A stretch of 64,000 nt of DNA from an uncultured Spirochaetota bacterium (GCA_963734545.1 CAVTHO010000007.1:672001-736000); one strand, 5' to 3'. Shown: positions 10,071 through 22,286, counted from the stretch's first letter. Notes: generated by a model from the sequence alone, not told the origin. A program made the numbers and translations.

Positions 10071-12059
10071 CTACCCGCCGATTCTGAAAAGCCGCGTGAG
10101 GATGTTGCCCGTCCTCTGCGTCGCACCCACGTCGGGCTTCTCCGTTTTCTGCACGGGGAAGACCACCTGGTCACCGACATTCACGTAGTCGAAGTACCCT
10201 CGCCCGGTGACGGTGCCCTCCGATACGCCTTCATCGGGACCGGTCACCTCGAAATCTCCCACTATGTCCTTTTCGTTGTACGAGAGTCCGGGGGTATCCG
10301 GCTGCAGTCGTACCCCCCCCTGGCGCACGATCAACATCTTGTCGCCCTTCTTCAGGCCCTGGAAGGTCCCGAGGTCGACGAGGCCCTGCCCGAACTTCCG
10401 CACGAGAAGCGTTCCGCGGACCGGCAGGAGGCCGGCCATCTGCCCGCTCAGCCTCAAGAGCGAATCACGCACCCGGTCATTTCCCGTGCGAAACGCGGCG
10501 AAGCTTCCGATCCGGGCGCCGGTGCGCGTCAGGTAGATATCCGCCGAGGCGGAGAAGCTTCTCTCCGCCTCGTCCAACGCCAGCAGCACGAAGTAGTCCG
10601 TCTCGGCGACCCGGGCGGCGCGGAAAGCATCGTCGAATCCACCGACTCCCGGCGGCACGGCCGGCACCACGATCGCATCATCGCGGCCCAGCAGGGTGGC
10701 GAAATACCGCGCGACATCGTCGCTCGCCAGCGGATGAATCAGCCGATTTGCCGCGGTGACCGTGTACACGGGGATGCGGTAGCGGATCCGCTCCAGATTG
10801 TGCTGATCATACCCCCACACGCGCGAGATCCTGTCGGCGAGATCGCTCGTCAGCCCTTCGATCTCGTCCTGCACGAACGTGTCCTTCACGCCCAGCCGGG
10901 CAAGAACCTGGAGCTCGCTCAGGTACTTGTCCGGGAAGCCGAGGCTCCGGTAGATGCGCGCGTACGCAATCCGGCCGTCCCGCGAGGTTGCGTCAAGGAT
11001 GAGCGCCCTTCGGTATTCGGCCAGGGCCTTTTCCATGAAGCTTTTCTCCTCCAGCAATCTGCCCTGCGCAAGGTGAAAGACTGCCATCTTCTTTCGTTGC
11101 GCGTCGTCCATGGGCAGCGATTCGACGGCCGTCGATTCCTGCGCGAGCCGCGCGATCTCATCGTCCGGCCGGGCCTGCAGGGCGGCGGAAAGGCTGGAGA
11201 TTGCCATTGCCGCATCTCCCGATTTCCTGTACGCCAGGGCAAGTGAATACCAGGCGAGAGGATCCTTCCGGTCCTCCGTCACGATTTCTTTCAAAGTCGA
11301 TATCGCGTCGGGGTATCTCTGGGTCTGCAGGTAGATGCCGCCCAGCAGGATCTTTGCCGAGCTCATGTCCGGTTTCAGCGACAAGGCGATCTTTGCGCGC
11401 TTCTCCGCCGCGCTGAAATCTCCGCGTGATGCTGCCCATGACGCGGCGGCCAACTGGACGCGCGGGTCCGAGGAGTGGCTCTTGAGAGCGGCCTCGTAGT
11501 AGCGTGCCGCACCGCCCGCGTCCCCTGTCTCGTCGGAGAGCATTGCCAGGGAAAGAAGCGCTTTCGTGCTTTCCGGGGCGAGCTGCAGCGTCTGGCCGTA
11601 CAGGGCGAGAGCGTTTGTCGTCTTGCCTTCCGCAATCTCCGCTTCGGCCAGCCCCAGCCGCGCCTCTACGTTGTTGGGCTGCCGGGCGAGCACGCCGGTG
11701 AAAAGAGCCCGTGCCCGAGCAGTGTCCCCCTGACCCACTCGAATTCTTCCTTCCAGGACCGCGAGATCGGGATTGTTCCTGTCGTAGATCCGCGCGCGGG
11801 ACACGAAGCTGAATGCTTCGTCGTATTCTTCCATGAGAAGGAATGACTGCGCGAGACCGACCATCGGCTCAGGGTAAGCAGGGTTGAGCGAAAGCGCATC
11901 CTTGTAGCGCTCAATGGCGAGCTCGAAGTCCTCGCTTCCCTGCGCGGCGACGCCTGCCAGGTAGGCGGCGCGCGCGTTCGCGGCGAAAAGCCTCACGCTG
12001 CCCGCGGCAGCAAGAAGAAAGACGCACAGGAGGATTGTCTTGGCGGACGTTTTTTCCAC
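10071..12059 (-). CDS. Exported tetratricopeptide-repeat protein
   Basis: Signal peptide followed by many TPR-like helical repeats (ALSLNPAYPE, LARQPNNVEARLGLA). Confidence 0.8.
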   Translation of the reverse strand: MEKTSAKTILLCVFLLAAAGSVRLFAANARAAYLAGVAAQGSEDFELAIERYKDALSLNPAYPEPMVGLAQSFLLMEEYDEAFSFVSRARIYDRNNPDLAVLEGRIRVGQGDTARARALFTGVLARQPNNVEARLGLAEAEIAEGKTTNALALYGQTLQLAPESTKALLSLAMLSDETGDAGGAARYYEAALKSHSSDPRVQLAAASWAASRGDFSAAEKRAKIALSLKPDMSSAKILLGGIYLQTQRYPDAISTLKEIVTEDRKDPLAWYSLALAYRKSGDAAMAISSLSAALQARPDDEIARLAQESTAVESLPMDDAQRKKMAVFHLAQGRLLEEKSFMEKALAEYRRALILDATSRDGRIAYARIYRSLGFPDKYLSELQVLARLGVKDTFVQDEIEGLTSDLADRISRVWGYDQHNLERIRYRIPVYTVTAANRLIHPLASDDVARYFATLLGRDDAIVVPAVPPGVGGFDDAFRAARVAETDYFVLLALDEAERSFSASADIYLTRTGARIGSFAAFRTGNDRVRDSLLRLSGQMAGLLPVRGTLLVRKFGQGLVDLGTFQGLKKGDKMLIVRQGGVRLQPDTPGLSYNEKDIVGDFEVTGPDEGVSEGTVTGRGYFDYVNVGDQVVFPVQKTEKPDVGATQRTGNILTRLFRIGG

Positions 12060-12064
12060 TTTCC

Positions 12065-12520
12065 CTACTCCCCGATGATGCGCTCTGCCTTCAGGCGCTC
12101 CAGGAGATCTTCCTGGAGGGCGAGCATGGTCCTGCCCTTCCCCCGGCCATGGTCCATTCCCGCCAGATGGAGGATCCCATGGATGCTGAGCCGCTTCAAC
12201 TCCTCTTCCTCGGAGATACCGAACGCGTCGGCGTTCCTGCGCAGCGTGTCCAGTGATATGGCGATGTCCCCCGCGACGGCTCCACGCGTCCCTGCCTCAC
12301 TGCCCGGGAACGAAAGCACGTCGGTGGGACGATGCATGCCCCGATAGCGCCCGTTCAACGTCGTGATTCTGCCGTCGTCGCAGAGAAGGAGGCAAATCTC
12401 CCACTCCGCGAAGCCGGCGGCGGTGAGCGCCGCAGCGCAAAAACGCGAAAGTCTTTTCCGCCAGCGCGGGGCGGGGACACCATCGACTGCGATTTCGATC
12501 GAGCGCTTCGGCGCCTTCAC
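12065..12520 (-). CDS. ybeY: rRNA maturation endoribonuclease YbeY
   Basis: LNGRYRG, PTDVLSF, HGILHLAGMDH. Confidence 0.96.
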   Translation of the reverse strand: MKAPKRSIEIAVDGVPAPRWRKRLSRFCAAALTAAGFAEWEICLLLCDDGRITTLNGRYRGMHRPTDVLSFPGSEAGTRGAVAGDIAISLDTLRRNADAFGISEEEELKRLSIHGILHLAGMDHGRGKGRTMLALQEDLLERLKAERIIGE

Positions 12521-14796
12521 TGGCGTGCCTTGCGCGCTTTTCCCCCGGCTCCGTCCCCTGAAGCCTTGCGCGTCGACGCGGTGGCCTGCAGTCGTGCAAG
12601 CCGGGGGTACTCTATCCGGGTGTGGAAATACCCCTCCAGTATCTGGACAAAGCTCTTGCGGATAAGCTCCAGGTCGCGAAGGGTGAGAAGGGAATCCCCG
12701 AGCTCACCCGATGTGAACTTCGCCATGATCATGTCCTGTACAAAGGCCTCCAGCTTCGCCTCCGTCGGCCGTTTCAGGGTGCGTGACGCCGCCTCCACCG
12801 TGTCGGCGAGCATGAGGACGGCAGCTTCCTTTGTCTTCGGCCGTACACCCGTGTACGAGTAGTCGTCCCGCGAGACACGCGGGTTCTTCCCTTCCTTGAC
12901 GGCCCTGTCGTAGAAAAAGGTGATGAGACCGCGGCCGTGGTGCTGCGCGATGATGTCGATGATGGCCTGAGGGAGGTTCAGCTCCTGGGCCTTCTCGATG
13001 CCGATGCGGACATGGCTCTTGATGACGGCCACCGAAAGACTGGGCTTCAGCTCGTCGTGCCGGTTGAACGCTTTCTGGTTTTCCACGAAGTAGTCCGCCT
13101 GGTCCACCTTGCCGATGTCGTGATAGTACGCGCTCACACGGGCGAGGAGCGCATTCGCGCCGATGGCCTCGCACGCCGTTTCCGCCAGGTTGGCGACGCT
13201 GATGGAATGCGTGTAGGTACCGGGGGCCTGGGAGAGCATGCGCTTGAACGTGGGGGAGTTGAGGTCGGAAAGCTCCATGAGCTTGAACCGGGTGGGCGCG
13301 TTCAGGAGGAGCTCGAGGATCGGAAGGAACCCGAGAGTAAGGATTCCGCAGAGGAACCCATTCGCGACACCCCACCCGAGAAGCGACAGGAACATGCGAG
13401 ATTCGTAGTTCGCCAGGATTCCCTCGACGGACAGGATGAGAAGGTCCGCGAGTGACAGGAGGACGCCCGCCCTGACCAGGTCGATTCTTCTCTCCGCGTT
13501 CAGCACGACCGCCGTTGCCGCAATGCCGCTGAGAAAGGCGAAAAGGAATCCCTGGATGCTCATTCCGGTCAGGAGAAGGAGCGCAAGGGAGACCACCAGG
13601 GAGAAGGACACACCCACGGGCGTGGAAACGAGGATCGCGACGAGCATGGACATGGCGCTGGTGGGAATGGCGACCGACACCGGCACCCAGTCGGGCAGGG
13701 ACACGAGACGGACCACCAGCGCGCTGACGGCGAGATGACCCAGCCCCATGCCGAGAAGGAGGAGCACGTGGCTGCGCCGCAGCGGCACATTTGCGCCCTT
13801 TATGCTCAGCAGGTACAGGGCGATCACGAACGTGATGAGGAGGAAGAGAACGCTGCCGATGAGCTCATTGGTATCGACCGCACGCGTGTATTCCCCGAGC
13901 GCGCGGATCTTCTGCGCGGTGGATTCAGTGACGACATCGCCGGCGCGCACGAGCACCTCGCCCCGCGAGAGCTTTTCCGCCACCGGCTCCACTTCCGCCC
14001 GGGCCCTGCTCCTGCGAAGGACACTGCTCTCCTGGTCGTAGAATGTGTTGTTCACCGCGAATGCGCGGAGGAGCGCCAGGACCACACGCCGCTCGGCGTC
14101 ACTGTACGAACGCGGGAGCGCACGTGCCTCCGTCTGGACAGCGAGGTTTTCCAGCGTGGTCACCTGGTCCAGCGGGATTTCCTCCGATTGCACGCGTCCT
14201 TCCAGTATCCGTCTCACTTCTATCGCCCCCGCGCTGAGCGATTCGTCCCGGTGGGCAATGATGTCGACGATTCCGTGGGAGAGGGCCGCCTGCAGAAGGT
14301 CGCGCGCGTCTTCAAAGGCTTGCGCGATGTCGCTGTAGGCAAGGAGGAGTTTCATGTCGGCCCGGGACGTCTGCGCGGGGAAATCCTCGACCATGGCCAG
14401 GAGTATCTTCTCGTCGGAGCTGCCCTCCTTCACCCGCTGCAGGAAGGACTGGCTGAACCGGTCAAAATCGTCCAGGGCACCGGAGCTCACCACCGCATTG
14501 AGAGCGAAAACTGGAGGCACCCGCTTCTCCCGTGCGTCCCGCCGTGCCTGGGTTCCCTTCTCGTCCACATAGCGGAAATCTCTTTCGACGACGTAATCCT
14601 TCTGTGCGACGGCGCCCGCCTCCCACGTGGCAGTCCTGCTGCGGAGCATGATGCTGGGGAACAGCGTCGTCACGAGCACGATGCCCGTTGCCGCCAGGAA
14701 GGCAGCGGCAATTGCCAGGAGCGTCCAGCGCTCCAGGCGCGTGCGCCGCACGGACCCTGCCGCCCGCGCGAAGATCGAGAAGCGGCTATTCCTCAT
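12517..14796 (-). CDS. 7TM-HD phosphohydrolase (PgpH-like cyclic dinucleotide phosphodiesterase family)
   Basis: Extracytoplasmic domain, about 7 TM helices, APGTYTHS, YYHDIGK, QHHG, MLADTVEAASR; phoH-HD-ybeY synteny. Confidence 0.88.
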   Translation of the reverse strand: MRNSRFSIFARAAGSVRRTRLERWTLLAIAAAFLAATGIVLVTTLFPSIMLRSRTATWEAGAVAQKDYVVERDFRYVDEKGTQARRDAREKRVPPVFALNAVVSSGALDDFDRFSQSFLQRVKEGSSDEKILLAMVEDFPAQTSRADMKLLLAYSDIAQAFEDARDLLQAALSHGIVDIIAHRDESLSAGAIEVRRILEGRVQSEEIPLDQVTTLENLAVQTEARALPRSYSDAERRVVLALLRAFAVNNTFYDQESSVLRRSRARAEVEPVAEKLSRGEVLVRAGDVVTESTAQKIRALGEYTRAVDTNELIGSVLFLLITFVIALYLLSIKGANVPLRRSHVLLLLGMGLGHLAVSALVVRLVSLPDWVPVSVAIPTSAMSMLVAILVSTPVGVSFSLVVSLALLLLTGMSIQGFLFAFLSGIAATAVVLNAERRIDLVRAGVLLSLADLLILSVEGILANYESRMFLSLLGWGVANGFLCGILTLGFLPILELLLNAPTRFKLMELSDLNSPTFKRMLSQAPGTYTHSISVANLAETACEAIGANALLARVSAYYHDIGKVDQADYFVENQKAFNRHDELKPSLSVAVIKSHVRIGIEKAQELNLPQAIIDIIAQHHGRGLITFFYDRAVKEGKNPRVSRDDYSYTGVRPKTKEAAVLMLADTVEAASRTLKRPTEAKLEAFVQDMIMAKFTSGELGDSLLTLRDLELIRKSFVQILEGYFHTRIEYPRLARLQATASTRKASGDGAGGKARKARQ

Positions 14797-15746
14797 GGGC
14801 AGTTTCGTAGGCGTGCACGATCTTCCGCACCAGCGCGTTCCGCACCACGTCCCGTTCCTCGAAGAAGGTGAATCGGATTTCCCGGATCGGCGTGAGGATC
14901 GGGATCACCGTGAGGAGCCCGGAATCGGACTTGCGCGGAAGATCGATCTGCGTGATGTCTCCGGTGATGACCGTGCGCGCATTCTCCCCGATGCGGGTAA
15001 GGAACATTTTCATCTGCTCCCGCGTGGTGTTCTGCGCCTCGTCCAGGATGATGAACGCGTTGGAAAGGGTGCGTCCCCGCATGTACGCGAGGGGCGCGAT
15101 CTCGATCACCCCGTTCTCCTCCAGCCGGCGGAATACCTCCATGGGAATGAGGGATTCGATTGCGTCGTACAGCGGCCGCAGATAGGGGTGAATCTTCTGC
15201 GTCAGGTCCCCCGGCAGATAGCCCAGACTCTCTCCCGCCTCCACCACGGGCCGCGTGATGATGAGCTTGCGGCGCGTCTGGCTGAGGACCTGCTTCAGCG
15301 CCTGGGCAACGGCGAGGTAGGTCTTGCCCGGTGCCCGCGGGACCGACGCCGAAAACGATCTCGTGACGATTGATCGACTCGACATAGAGCGCCTGGTTGT
15401 ATGTGCGGGGATACACCTTGCGCAGCCCATTGGGAATGACGACGAGATTTCTCTTGAGGACCTCCACCTTTTCGTCCTCGCCGCTGGCAAGGGAACTGTG
15501 AATTGATCGAATGAGGTCCGGCCCCGGAAGCTGGCCGAGCCGAATGTGGTCCTGAAGCTGCTGCAGGAGCAGGGTAAAGGTCCGCTGCAGGGAATCGTCC
15601 AATGTGTCCAGCAGGATTTCGTTCCCGCGGGAGAAAACTGGCACACCGAGTAGTTCTTCGATCACCTTGAGGTTGCTGTCGTTCGCCCCGCAGATCTCGG
15701 GCAGGATGGTTTCGTCGCTTACGACGACTGTCAGTGGATTCTCCAT
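14786..15746 (-). CDS. phoH: PhoH family ATPase (apparent frameshift near 15328)
   Basis: GPAGTG|KTYLA split across two ORFs; RPVVEAGESLGYLPGD, AYMRGRT, DEAQN, GDITQIDL. Confidence 0.93.
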
Positions 15747-15763
15747 TCAGCTCCTTCATCTCA

Positions 15764-15793
15764 ATCGTAGTCGAAAAATCGGAAGAGCGTCAA
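15764..15793 (-). promoter_or_regulatory. Putative sigma70 promoter for the phoH operon
   Basis: TTGACG-18 nt-TACGAT, followed by AAGGAG RBS. Confidence 0.5.
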
Positions 15794-15794
15794 T

Positions 15795-15889
15795 GCGGTC
15801 ACAAATGTCGCCTAACTGCACGGAGTACCGTGCAAGGTACGGTGACCGCGGTACTCGGTGACATTCGCGGCCGGCGGCATTCACGCCGG
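15795..15889. repeat. Nested inverted-repeat (REP-like) intergenic element
   Basis: TGCACGG-AGTA-CCGTGCA; GAGTACCG/CGGTACTC; GCGGTCAC/GTGACCGC; CCGGCG/CGCCGG. Confidence 0.6.
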
Positions 15890-18800
15890 TCACTCCCCCC
15901 GAAGGAAGGTGCCGGTGTTGTCACCATGCACGTTGCTCTTGATCTCCGGCACCGCGTTCCACTGGATCTGAATGGCAAAAGTGGGAGACCACGTATACTG
16001 CGTTGTCTGCTTGGAAGTCGTTTTGTCAGTCGTGGTGATGAGCTGCGGCGATCCCTGGTACTGGAATGTCAGGTCCCAGTCGCCGAAATGCTGCACCGCC
16101 TTGGCCGTGATCGTCCGGATCTTGAATGACGAATTGGTCCTGGCCGTCTTGTCAAAGAAGTTGAACGAGTTTATCAGGTCGGTGATCGGATCGATCGGCG
16201 TCTGCCCGAGGGATCGTGCCATCGACGGGAAGTACAGATACGTCCTGCTGTTGTTGGACATGGAGGAAAATGAAAGATCCAGAAACTTGTAGATGGAAAC
16301 ATTGAAGGTGAGGGTAAAATCAAAGAGGTTGTCGGTGTACTTTTTCGGCTGCAAGTTCATATACCAATGGGTCTTCACCGACAGGTCGGTCTTTATCCTG
16401 TCCTTCCAGTACCACACCGGGTCGCCGCCCCCCTCGTAGCCCAGGCGGACAGTGGAGGGAACAAGCCCGTTCTGTGTGCGTTCTGCCACAAAAGCGCTGG
16501 AAAATCCGAACAGGGCAAGCTGTGAAGTCGATCGGGACATCGCTTGAGCGCTGAGGTCGAATTGCAGCTCTTCGGTTGCGGTCAGGGGTTTTCCGAAGTC
16601 AAGCGTCGCGCTTGTGACGAGGGGTTGGTACTGCCTGACCCCGGCGAGTTCGGCGAATCCCCCCTGGACCTTGCCCTTTGCCGGTCCCGCGGCGAGCAGG
16701 AGAAGGCCGGTGTATGTCGGCGTCAGGGGAGGAAGCTGCGCCGTCAGCGCCAGGCTGTCCGTGGTGAAGGGAGTGCTGAATACGAGTGACGACTGAAAAC
16801 TATGCTCGGAAACATTGCTCGGCGTCCAGGAAAAGTTCGTTGGTCCGAAGCCAGGATCGGGCGTACCGATTCCGAGATAACTGTACTGGTAAAGGCGGAG
16901 GCCCAGCCGGTACTGGAGGTTCGATGCGGCAAGCTCCGTGATCGCCGGGAGCGGCCGAAGGGTGCCCTGAAGGGCGCTGCGGAGCGTGATGCGGTCCTGC
17001 TGCAAGTCACTGTCCCGCAGGCTCTGCCAGTCCTGCAGCGCTGCATACGAAGGTTTCGGGTCGAACCTGCTGCGCCAGAGCCCATCGGCGCCGAGACTTG
17101 CGCTGAGATCGAAAAGCCTGTCCCAGAGCGAGGCAGCCGCCGTAATCGTGGTCGTGCCGCCTGTTTCGAACGTGCGATACAGAAGGCTGTAGTCGACGTC
17201 CTTCCTTGTGTTCCAGACACCCTGCCGGGCATCGAACGTGTGCTCGAGCGTTGCACGGGGCTGCACCTGATAGGACACCGTCAGGGTGGAATCGGCCTGC
17301 CCGGAGCCCACCGTGACGTCCTTCTGCGCCTCCGGAGCCCGAAAGGGAATCCGGGGCGGCTTGTCGCTGCTCTGCGTCGAGGCGGGGCTCGGCGTCGCGC
17401 GCGCGCGCAGGCCTTTGCCGGGGTCCCGGGGGCCTGCTGACTGAACGCCGCCCGCTTCTCCGGGAAGCGCAGCCGGCGGAGGAGGAGGCACGGGCTTCGC
17501 CGCGGTGCTGATGCTGAGAATATCGCCTGAAATGGAAAGAGAAACGTTGGGCGCGGTCAGGCTTGCCGGCAGATAGAAGGTGCGTCCCGGGTCGGCCGAC
17601 AAGGGATACGTGTTGTCCGGCGCGTCCCTGCTTTGCCACGTGAACTTGATGTCGAAGTTCGGCATCGTGAAGCTCTTTACGAACGGGAGACCGATTGCCT
17701 TTGTGAAATCGAGCTTGCTCGTAAAGTCCCAGGAAAGATTCGCCTGCTGGGGGGTTACCGCCCCGGTTGCCGTCGGAGGCGTCAGGACCGTGGAAATGAT
17801 GCCCGCTTCCGAGCGCGTGTAGAAATCGCTGGTGAAGGAAGGATCGGAAAAATACTGGAAATCAGCGCCTACCGAATAGGTGTCTCCGCTCGACTTGAAA
17901 GTCCCTTCCAGGCCGAACCGCAGCGGAATAACGGCTCCAAAAACCGACGATCTGTTCCAGAATTCCTGTCCCACGGAGTACGGACTGGTCACCGGGGCAG
18001 GCAGATACGGAGTGTACAGGGTCGTGTTCGGGTCCAGGAAGATGCTGCGGCTCAGGCCGACGCTCGTACGGAAGGTCGCCAGGGGTGAGAAATTCCCGTC
18101 CAGGCCCGCAAGGAATCCGAGCCGGGAGTATGCGTCCGCCATGAGCTTCAAGGTCTTCCCCTTGTCAGGGATCGGAGTGCTGACAGGGACCTTCCTGAGG
18201 AAAAGGCCGTTGAGCTCGAGGTTATAGCCGGCATCGCCCGACTCGTTGAGCTGAAGGAAGCCGAAAGGAGTGTCCTGCTTGGCCTTGCGCCCGACAAGGT
18301 ACGTCGTCGTCTGGAGGAACGAGCCTTCGCGGTTCTTGTAGCCGATATTCGGGTTGAAGAAAAAATCGTCCCCCGGCAGGAAGAACCCCGGGAGATACAT
18401 GATCGGTACCCGCCCGATCATCAGGACGGCGTTCTGTATCGCCCACTCCCCCGGCCCGAGCACCCAGACCTTGCTCGCACGCACCGAGTACAAGGGGTCG
18501 TCGGCATTTTCGCTGCTGGTGAAGCTGCCCTCATCGAGGATCACCGTGTCGTTCTGCATCCGGGAGATGGTCTGGCCCTTGAACGTATAGGGCACATCCT
18601 TTCCCCCCTTGGTGATCGTGCGCGTGGTGCGCCCGTCATAAAAGACCGCTTGGGAAGATTCTATGTCGAATGCGAGCCTCTGCCCCGTGAACGTGTCGGT
18701 CTTTCCGCCGCGCGTCAGCGTGTAGGTCACGTTTCCCTCCGCGCTGACGGTCTTTCTCGTCTGGTTGTACGTGACCGTGGCCGCCTTGATCACCTGCAGG

Positions 18801-19225
18801 GTGGCATTCGTCTCGTCACGCACCTCGATCACCACGTCACCGCGCAGGAGGACATACTTCTCGTTCACGTCGGGCACGGTGTAGTACTCGGACTCCCGGG
18901 CGGAGCGGACGGTGATGGTGCGCTTGGCCGCGGCGCCGGCGGCCGGCAGGGACACTTTGAAGTGCTGCGCAAGCCGGGCCTGCAGATCGGCCCGCGAGCC
19001 CGTATCGGGGAGCCCGAGCTCCTGACACCAGGCGACCAGCTCATAGTAGCTGTCCGTGGAGATGTCCTGGCCCAGCGTGGAGGAGACGAGGCTCTCCGCG
19101 GTCTGCGCGGAGGGGGTACCCGGCCCGGCGGCAGGAGACGCCGCGGGCGCGGAGGGCACGCTTTCCTGCGCGCCGACCAGGCACGGGATGAATACCAGGA
19201 TCAGCGCCAGGACGAGCGCGGTCAT
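15890..19225 (-). CDS. LptD/OstA-like outer-membrane assembly protein
   Basis: About 1110 aa; signal peptide, OstA-like region ([35 protein letters not shown]) and a long beta-strand-rich C-terminus. Confidence 0.72.
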   Translation of the reverse strand: MTALVLALILVFIPCLVGAQESVPSAPAASPAAGPGTPSAQTAESLVSSTLGQDISTDSYYELVAWCQELGLPDTGSRADLQARLAQHFKVSLPAAGAAAKRTITVRSARESEYYTVPDVNEKYVLLRGDVVIEVRDETNATLQVIKAATVTYNQTRKTVSAEGNVTYTLTRGGKTDTFTGQRLAFDIESSQAVFYDGRTTRTITKGGKDVPYTFKGQTISRMQNDTVILDEGSFTSSENADDPLYSVRASKVWVLGPGEWAIQNAVLMIGRVPIMYLPGFFLPGDDFFFNPNIGYKNREGSFLQTTTYLVGRKAKQDTPFGFLQLNESGDAGYNLELNGLFLRKVPVSTPIPDKGKTLKLMADAYSRLGFLAGLDGNFSPLATFRTSVGLSRSIFLDPNTTLYTPYLPAPVTSPYSVGQEFWNRSSVFGAVIPLRFGLEGTFKSSGDTYSVGADFQYFSDPSFTSDFYTRSEAGIISTVLTPPTATGAVTPQQANLSWDFTSKLDFTKAIGLPFVKSFTMPNFDIKFTWQSRDAPDNTYPLSADPGRTFYLPASLTAPNVSLSISGDILSISTAAKPVPPPPPAALPGEAGGVQSAGPRDPGKGLRARATPSPASTQSSDKPPRIPFRAPEAQKDVTVGSGQADSTLTVSYQVQPRATLEHTFDARQGVWNTRKDVDYSLLYRTFETGGTTTITAAASLWDRLFDLSASLGADGLWRSRFDPKPSYAALQDWQSLRDSDLQQDRITLRSALQGTLRPLPAITELAASNLQYRLGLRLYQYSYLGIGTPDPGFGPTNFSWTPSNVSEHSFQSSLVFSTPFTTDSLALTAQLPPLTPTYTGLLLLAAGPAKGKVQGGFAELAGVRQYQPLVTSATLDFGKPLTATEELQFDLSAQAMSRSTSQLALFGFSSAFVAERTQNGLVPSTVRLGYEGGGDPVWYWKDRIKTDLSVKTHWYMNLQPKKYTDNLFDFTLTFNVSIYKFLDLSFSSMSNNSRTYLYFPSMARSLGQTPIDPITDLINSFNFFDKTARTNSSFKIRTITAKAVQHFGDWDLTFQYQGSPQLITTTDKTTSKQTTQYTWSPTFAIQIQWNAVPEIKSNVHGDNTGTFLRGE

Positions 19226-22047
19226 TCTCTTTTCAGCGCTGGCTTCAGGTACTTGCCGGTCCACGAGCCCGCGGTCTTCGCAACCTGCTCGGGTGTGCCC
19301 TCCGCCACCACCCGGCCTCCCCTTTCCCCCCCCTCGGGGCCGAGGTCGATCACCCAGTCAGCGCACTTGATCACGTCGAGGTTGTGCTCGATGAGCGCCA
19401 CCGTATTGCCGTTGTCCACCAGGAGCTGAAGGACCTCCATGAGCTTTTTCACGTCCGCAAAATGCAGGCCTGTCGTGGGCTCGTCGAGTATGTAGAAAGT
19501 CCGTCCCGTGCCGCGCTTGGAAAGCTCCAGGGACAGCTTCACCCGCTGCGCCTCCCCCCCCGAGAGAGTGAGCGCGGACTGTCCGAGGCGCACGTAGCCG
19601 AGGCCCACGTCGGCGAGCGTCGTGAGCTTCGGAGCCAGGGTGGGGATATGGCGGAAGAACGGCAGCGCCTCCTCCACCGTCATCTCCAGGACCTCGTGGA
19701 TGTTTCTCCCCTTGTATCGCACTTCGAGTGTTTCCCTGTTGTAGCGTCTGCCCTTGCACACATCACAGGTGACATAGACGTCGGGGAGAAAATGCATCTC
19801 GATCCGGATGGTGCCGGCTCCCTGGCACTTCTCGCAGCGGCCTCCCTTGACATTGAATGAGAACCGGCCCGCCCGGTAGCCCTTGGCCTTCGCCTCCGGG
19901 AGCTGGGCAAAGAGCGTCCGTATCGGAGAAAAGAGACCGACATACGTCGCGGGATTGGACCGAGGCGTTCGACCAATCGGACCCTGGTCGATATTGATGA
20001 CCTTGTCGATCGCCTCGACTCCGTCGATGGAGTCGAAACAGCCCTCCGGGAGCCGGGTTGCACCGACCCTGTTCGACAGGATCGGGTAGAGGAGGTCCGA
20101 GAGCAGGGTGGACTTTCCCGAGCCCGAAACGCCCGTGATGGCGATGAACGTTCCCAGGGGAAAAGCGACGGTGATCTCCTTGAGATTGTGCTCCTTCGCG
20201 CCGCGGAGCACGATGCTCTTCCCGTTTCCGGTCCTGCGCTCCTTTCGGCGCTCGATGATGAGGGCGCCGGAAAGATACTGGCCGGTCAGGGACCGCGGGC
20301 TGGCGCACACTTCCTGCAGCGTCCCCGCCGCGACCACCTGGCCGCCGTGCACCCCGGCGCCGGGTCCCAGGTCGACGATATAGTCAGCCGTGCGCAGGGT
20401 CTGCTCATCATGCTCTACCACGATGAGCGTGTTGCCGATGTCGCGCAGGTGTTTCAGCGTCTCGATGAGGAGGGTATTGTCCCGCTGGTGCAGCCCGATT
20501 GTCGGCTCATCAAGGATGTACAGAACGCCCACGAGCGAAGAACCGATCTGGGTGGCCAGCCGGATCCTCTGCGCCTCCCCGCCGGAAAGCGTGCTTGCCC
20601 TGCGCTCCAGAGTGAGGTAGGAAAGTCCGACATTCCTGAGAAACGAGAGACGGGCCGTTATCTCCTTGAGGATCTGGCGCGCGATCTTCTGGGCCGTGGG
20701 CGAAAGGGGAAGCGCCTCGAAATACCCCAGCGCATCCTCCACGGACAGGCAGGTGACGTCGAAGATGCTCTTTTCACCCACGGTGACCGCCAGCACCTCG
20801 GGCTTCAACCGTCGTCCGCCGCACGCGTCGCATTCCTTCTGTGACATGAAGCCTTCCATCCACTCCTTCACCTGATCGGAGCTGGATTCGAGATAGCGTC
20901 TCTTCAATTCGTTCAACACGCCCCGGAACGCGGACTGGAACTCCCACTTGCCCCTTCCGTCCCTGCTCTCGTAGCGGAAGCCGATCTTCTCCTTCGTGCC
21001 ATGAAGAATGGCGTCGAATACCTCCCGAGGCAGCTCGTCCAGCGGCGTGTCCAGGGAGAACTTGAAGTGCGCAGCCAGGGATTCGAACTGGCTCCTGTAC
21101 CAGTTCGCCTTCGGGTTCGAAGTCGCGATGCCGCCCTGGTTGAAGGAAAGGCTGGGATCGGGGACGACGAGTCGGGGATCGAATTCGAGCTTGACACCCA
21201 GACCCGAGCACGAGGGGCAGGCACCGAACGGATTGTTGAAGGAAAAGAGCCTCGGCTGGAGCTCCGGGACGCTGATCCCGCACGTCGGACAGGCGTTCCG
21301 CTGGGAGAACAGCAATTCGCGTTCCGCGTTCCTCTCCTTGAGAAGGGCGACCAGGGTTCCGCCGGACGTTTCCAGCGCGCCCTCCACGGACTCGGCGAGC
21401 CGGCGGCGCGCGCCCGTCGCAATGCTGAGCCGGTCGACGACGATCTCGATCGTGTGCTTTTTCTTCCGGTCCAGGCTGATACTCTCATCGAGGGACACGA
21501 TCTCGCCGTCGACACGCACGCGCACGTATCCCATTCGCTTCGCATCCTCGAGGATCTTCTGATGTTCCCCTTTCTTTGCGCCCACGACAGGAGCGAGGAG
21601 GACCACCTTCGTCCCCTCGGGAAGGACCAGGAGCGTGTCGACGATCTGGTCCACGGATTGTTCCTGGATTTCCTTCCCGCAGTTCGGGCAATGCGGAATG
21701 CCCACGCGCGCAAAGAGGAGGCGCAGATAGTCGTAGACCTCCGTGACGGTGCCCACCGTCGAGCGAGGGTTGCGGTGCGTGGTCTTCTGCTCGATCGCAA
21801 TTGCCGGAGAGAGGCCCTCGATGTAGTCGAGGTCGGGCTTGTCCAGGCGGCCGAGAAACTGCCGCGCGTACGAGGAAAGCGACTCCACGTACCGGCGCTG
21901 GCCCTCCGCGAAAATGGTATCGAAGGCAAGCGAGGACTTCCCCGATCCGCTGAGACCGGAAACGACCACCAGGGAGTCCCGAGGCATTTCCAGATCAATA
22001 TTCTTGAGATTGTGCTCCCGCGCGCCCCGGATGACGATGCTCTTCAT
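19222..22047 (-). CDS. uvrA: Excinuclease ABC subunit A
   Basis: 941 aa; GAREHNLK, two Walker A motifs, LSGGEAQR twice, zinc fingers. Confidence 0.99.
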   Translation of the reverse strand: MKSIVIRGAREHNLKNIDLEMPRDSLVVVSGLSGSGKSSLAFDTIFAEGQRRYVESLSSYARQFLGRLDKPDLDYIEGLSPAIAIEQKTTHRNPRSTVGTVTEVYDYLRLLFARVGIPHCPNCGKEIQEQSVDQIVDTLLVLPEGTKVVLLAPVVGAKKGEHQKILEDAKRMGYVRVRVDGEIVSLDESISLDRKKKHTIEIVVDRLSIATGARRRLAESVEGALETSGGTLVALLKERNAERELLFSQRNACPTCGISVPELQPRLFSFNNPFGACPSCSGLGVKLEFDPRLVVPDPSLSFNQGGIATSNPKANWYRSQFESLAAHFKFSLDTPLDELPREVFDAILHGTKEKIGFRYESRDGRGKWEFQSAFRGVLNELKRRYLESSSDQVKEWMEGFMSQKECDACGGRRLKPEVLAVTVGEKSIFDVTCLSVEDALGYFEALPLSPTAQKIARQILKEITARLSFLRNVGLSYLTLERRASTLSGGEAQRIRLATQIGSSLVGVLYILDEPTIGLHQRDNTLLIETLKHLRDIGNTLIVVEHDEQTLRTADYIVDLGPGAGVHGGQVVAAGTLQEVCASPRSLTGQYLSGALIIERRKERRTGNGKSIVLRGAKEHNLKEITVAFPLGTFIAITGVSGSGKSTLLSDLLYPILSNRVGATRLPEGCFDSIDGVEAIDKVINIDQGPIGRTPRSNPATYVGLFSPIRTLFAQLPEAKAKGYRAGRFSFNVKGGRCEKCQGAGTIRIEMHFLPDVYVTCDVCKGRRYNRETLEVRYKGRNIHEVLEMTVEEALPFFRHIPTLAPKLTTLADVGLGYVRLGQSALTLSGGEAQRVKLSLELSKRGTGRTFYILDEPTTGLHFADVKKLMEVLQLLVDNGNTVALIEHNLDVIKCADWVIDLGPEGGERGGRVVAEGTPEQVAKTAGSWTGKYLKPALKRE

Positions 22048-22286
22048 GTATCTTCTTCTGAACGCTCATCGCGCTGATGCGCGTTCTCATCTTCCGCAGG
22101 CCGGGGAGGCGGGGTGGCGGCAGGTTTTCTTGCACGAGGACGCGATCTCAGGACGCGCAGGGGAATCCGCCGGCGGCTCCTTGTCGATGCCAGGAAAAAG
22201 ACAAGAGGCAGCAGGAACATGACGAAGAGGCAGGCCGCAATCACTTCCCAGGATGAAAAGACGCTCAGGTAGAGCCCGGATTCCAT
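22044..22286 (-). CDS. Small single-TM hypothetical protein
   Basis: 80 aa; hydrophobic helix then basic tail; stop overlaps the uvrA start; -10 box TAGTAT 6 nt upstream. Confidence 0.6.
   Translation of the reverse strand: MESGLYLSVFSSWEVIAACLFVMFLLPLVFFLASTRSRRRIPLRVLRSRPRARKPAATPPPRPAEDENAHQRDERSEEDT

Noticed and set aside
543-21998. Numerous long antisense or alternate-frame ORFs overlapping atpA, pgk, the HD gene and uvrA
   Set aside because: Shadow ORFs are expected at high GC content; they have no motifs and overlap well-supported genes.
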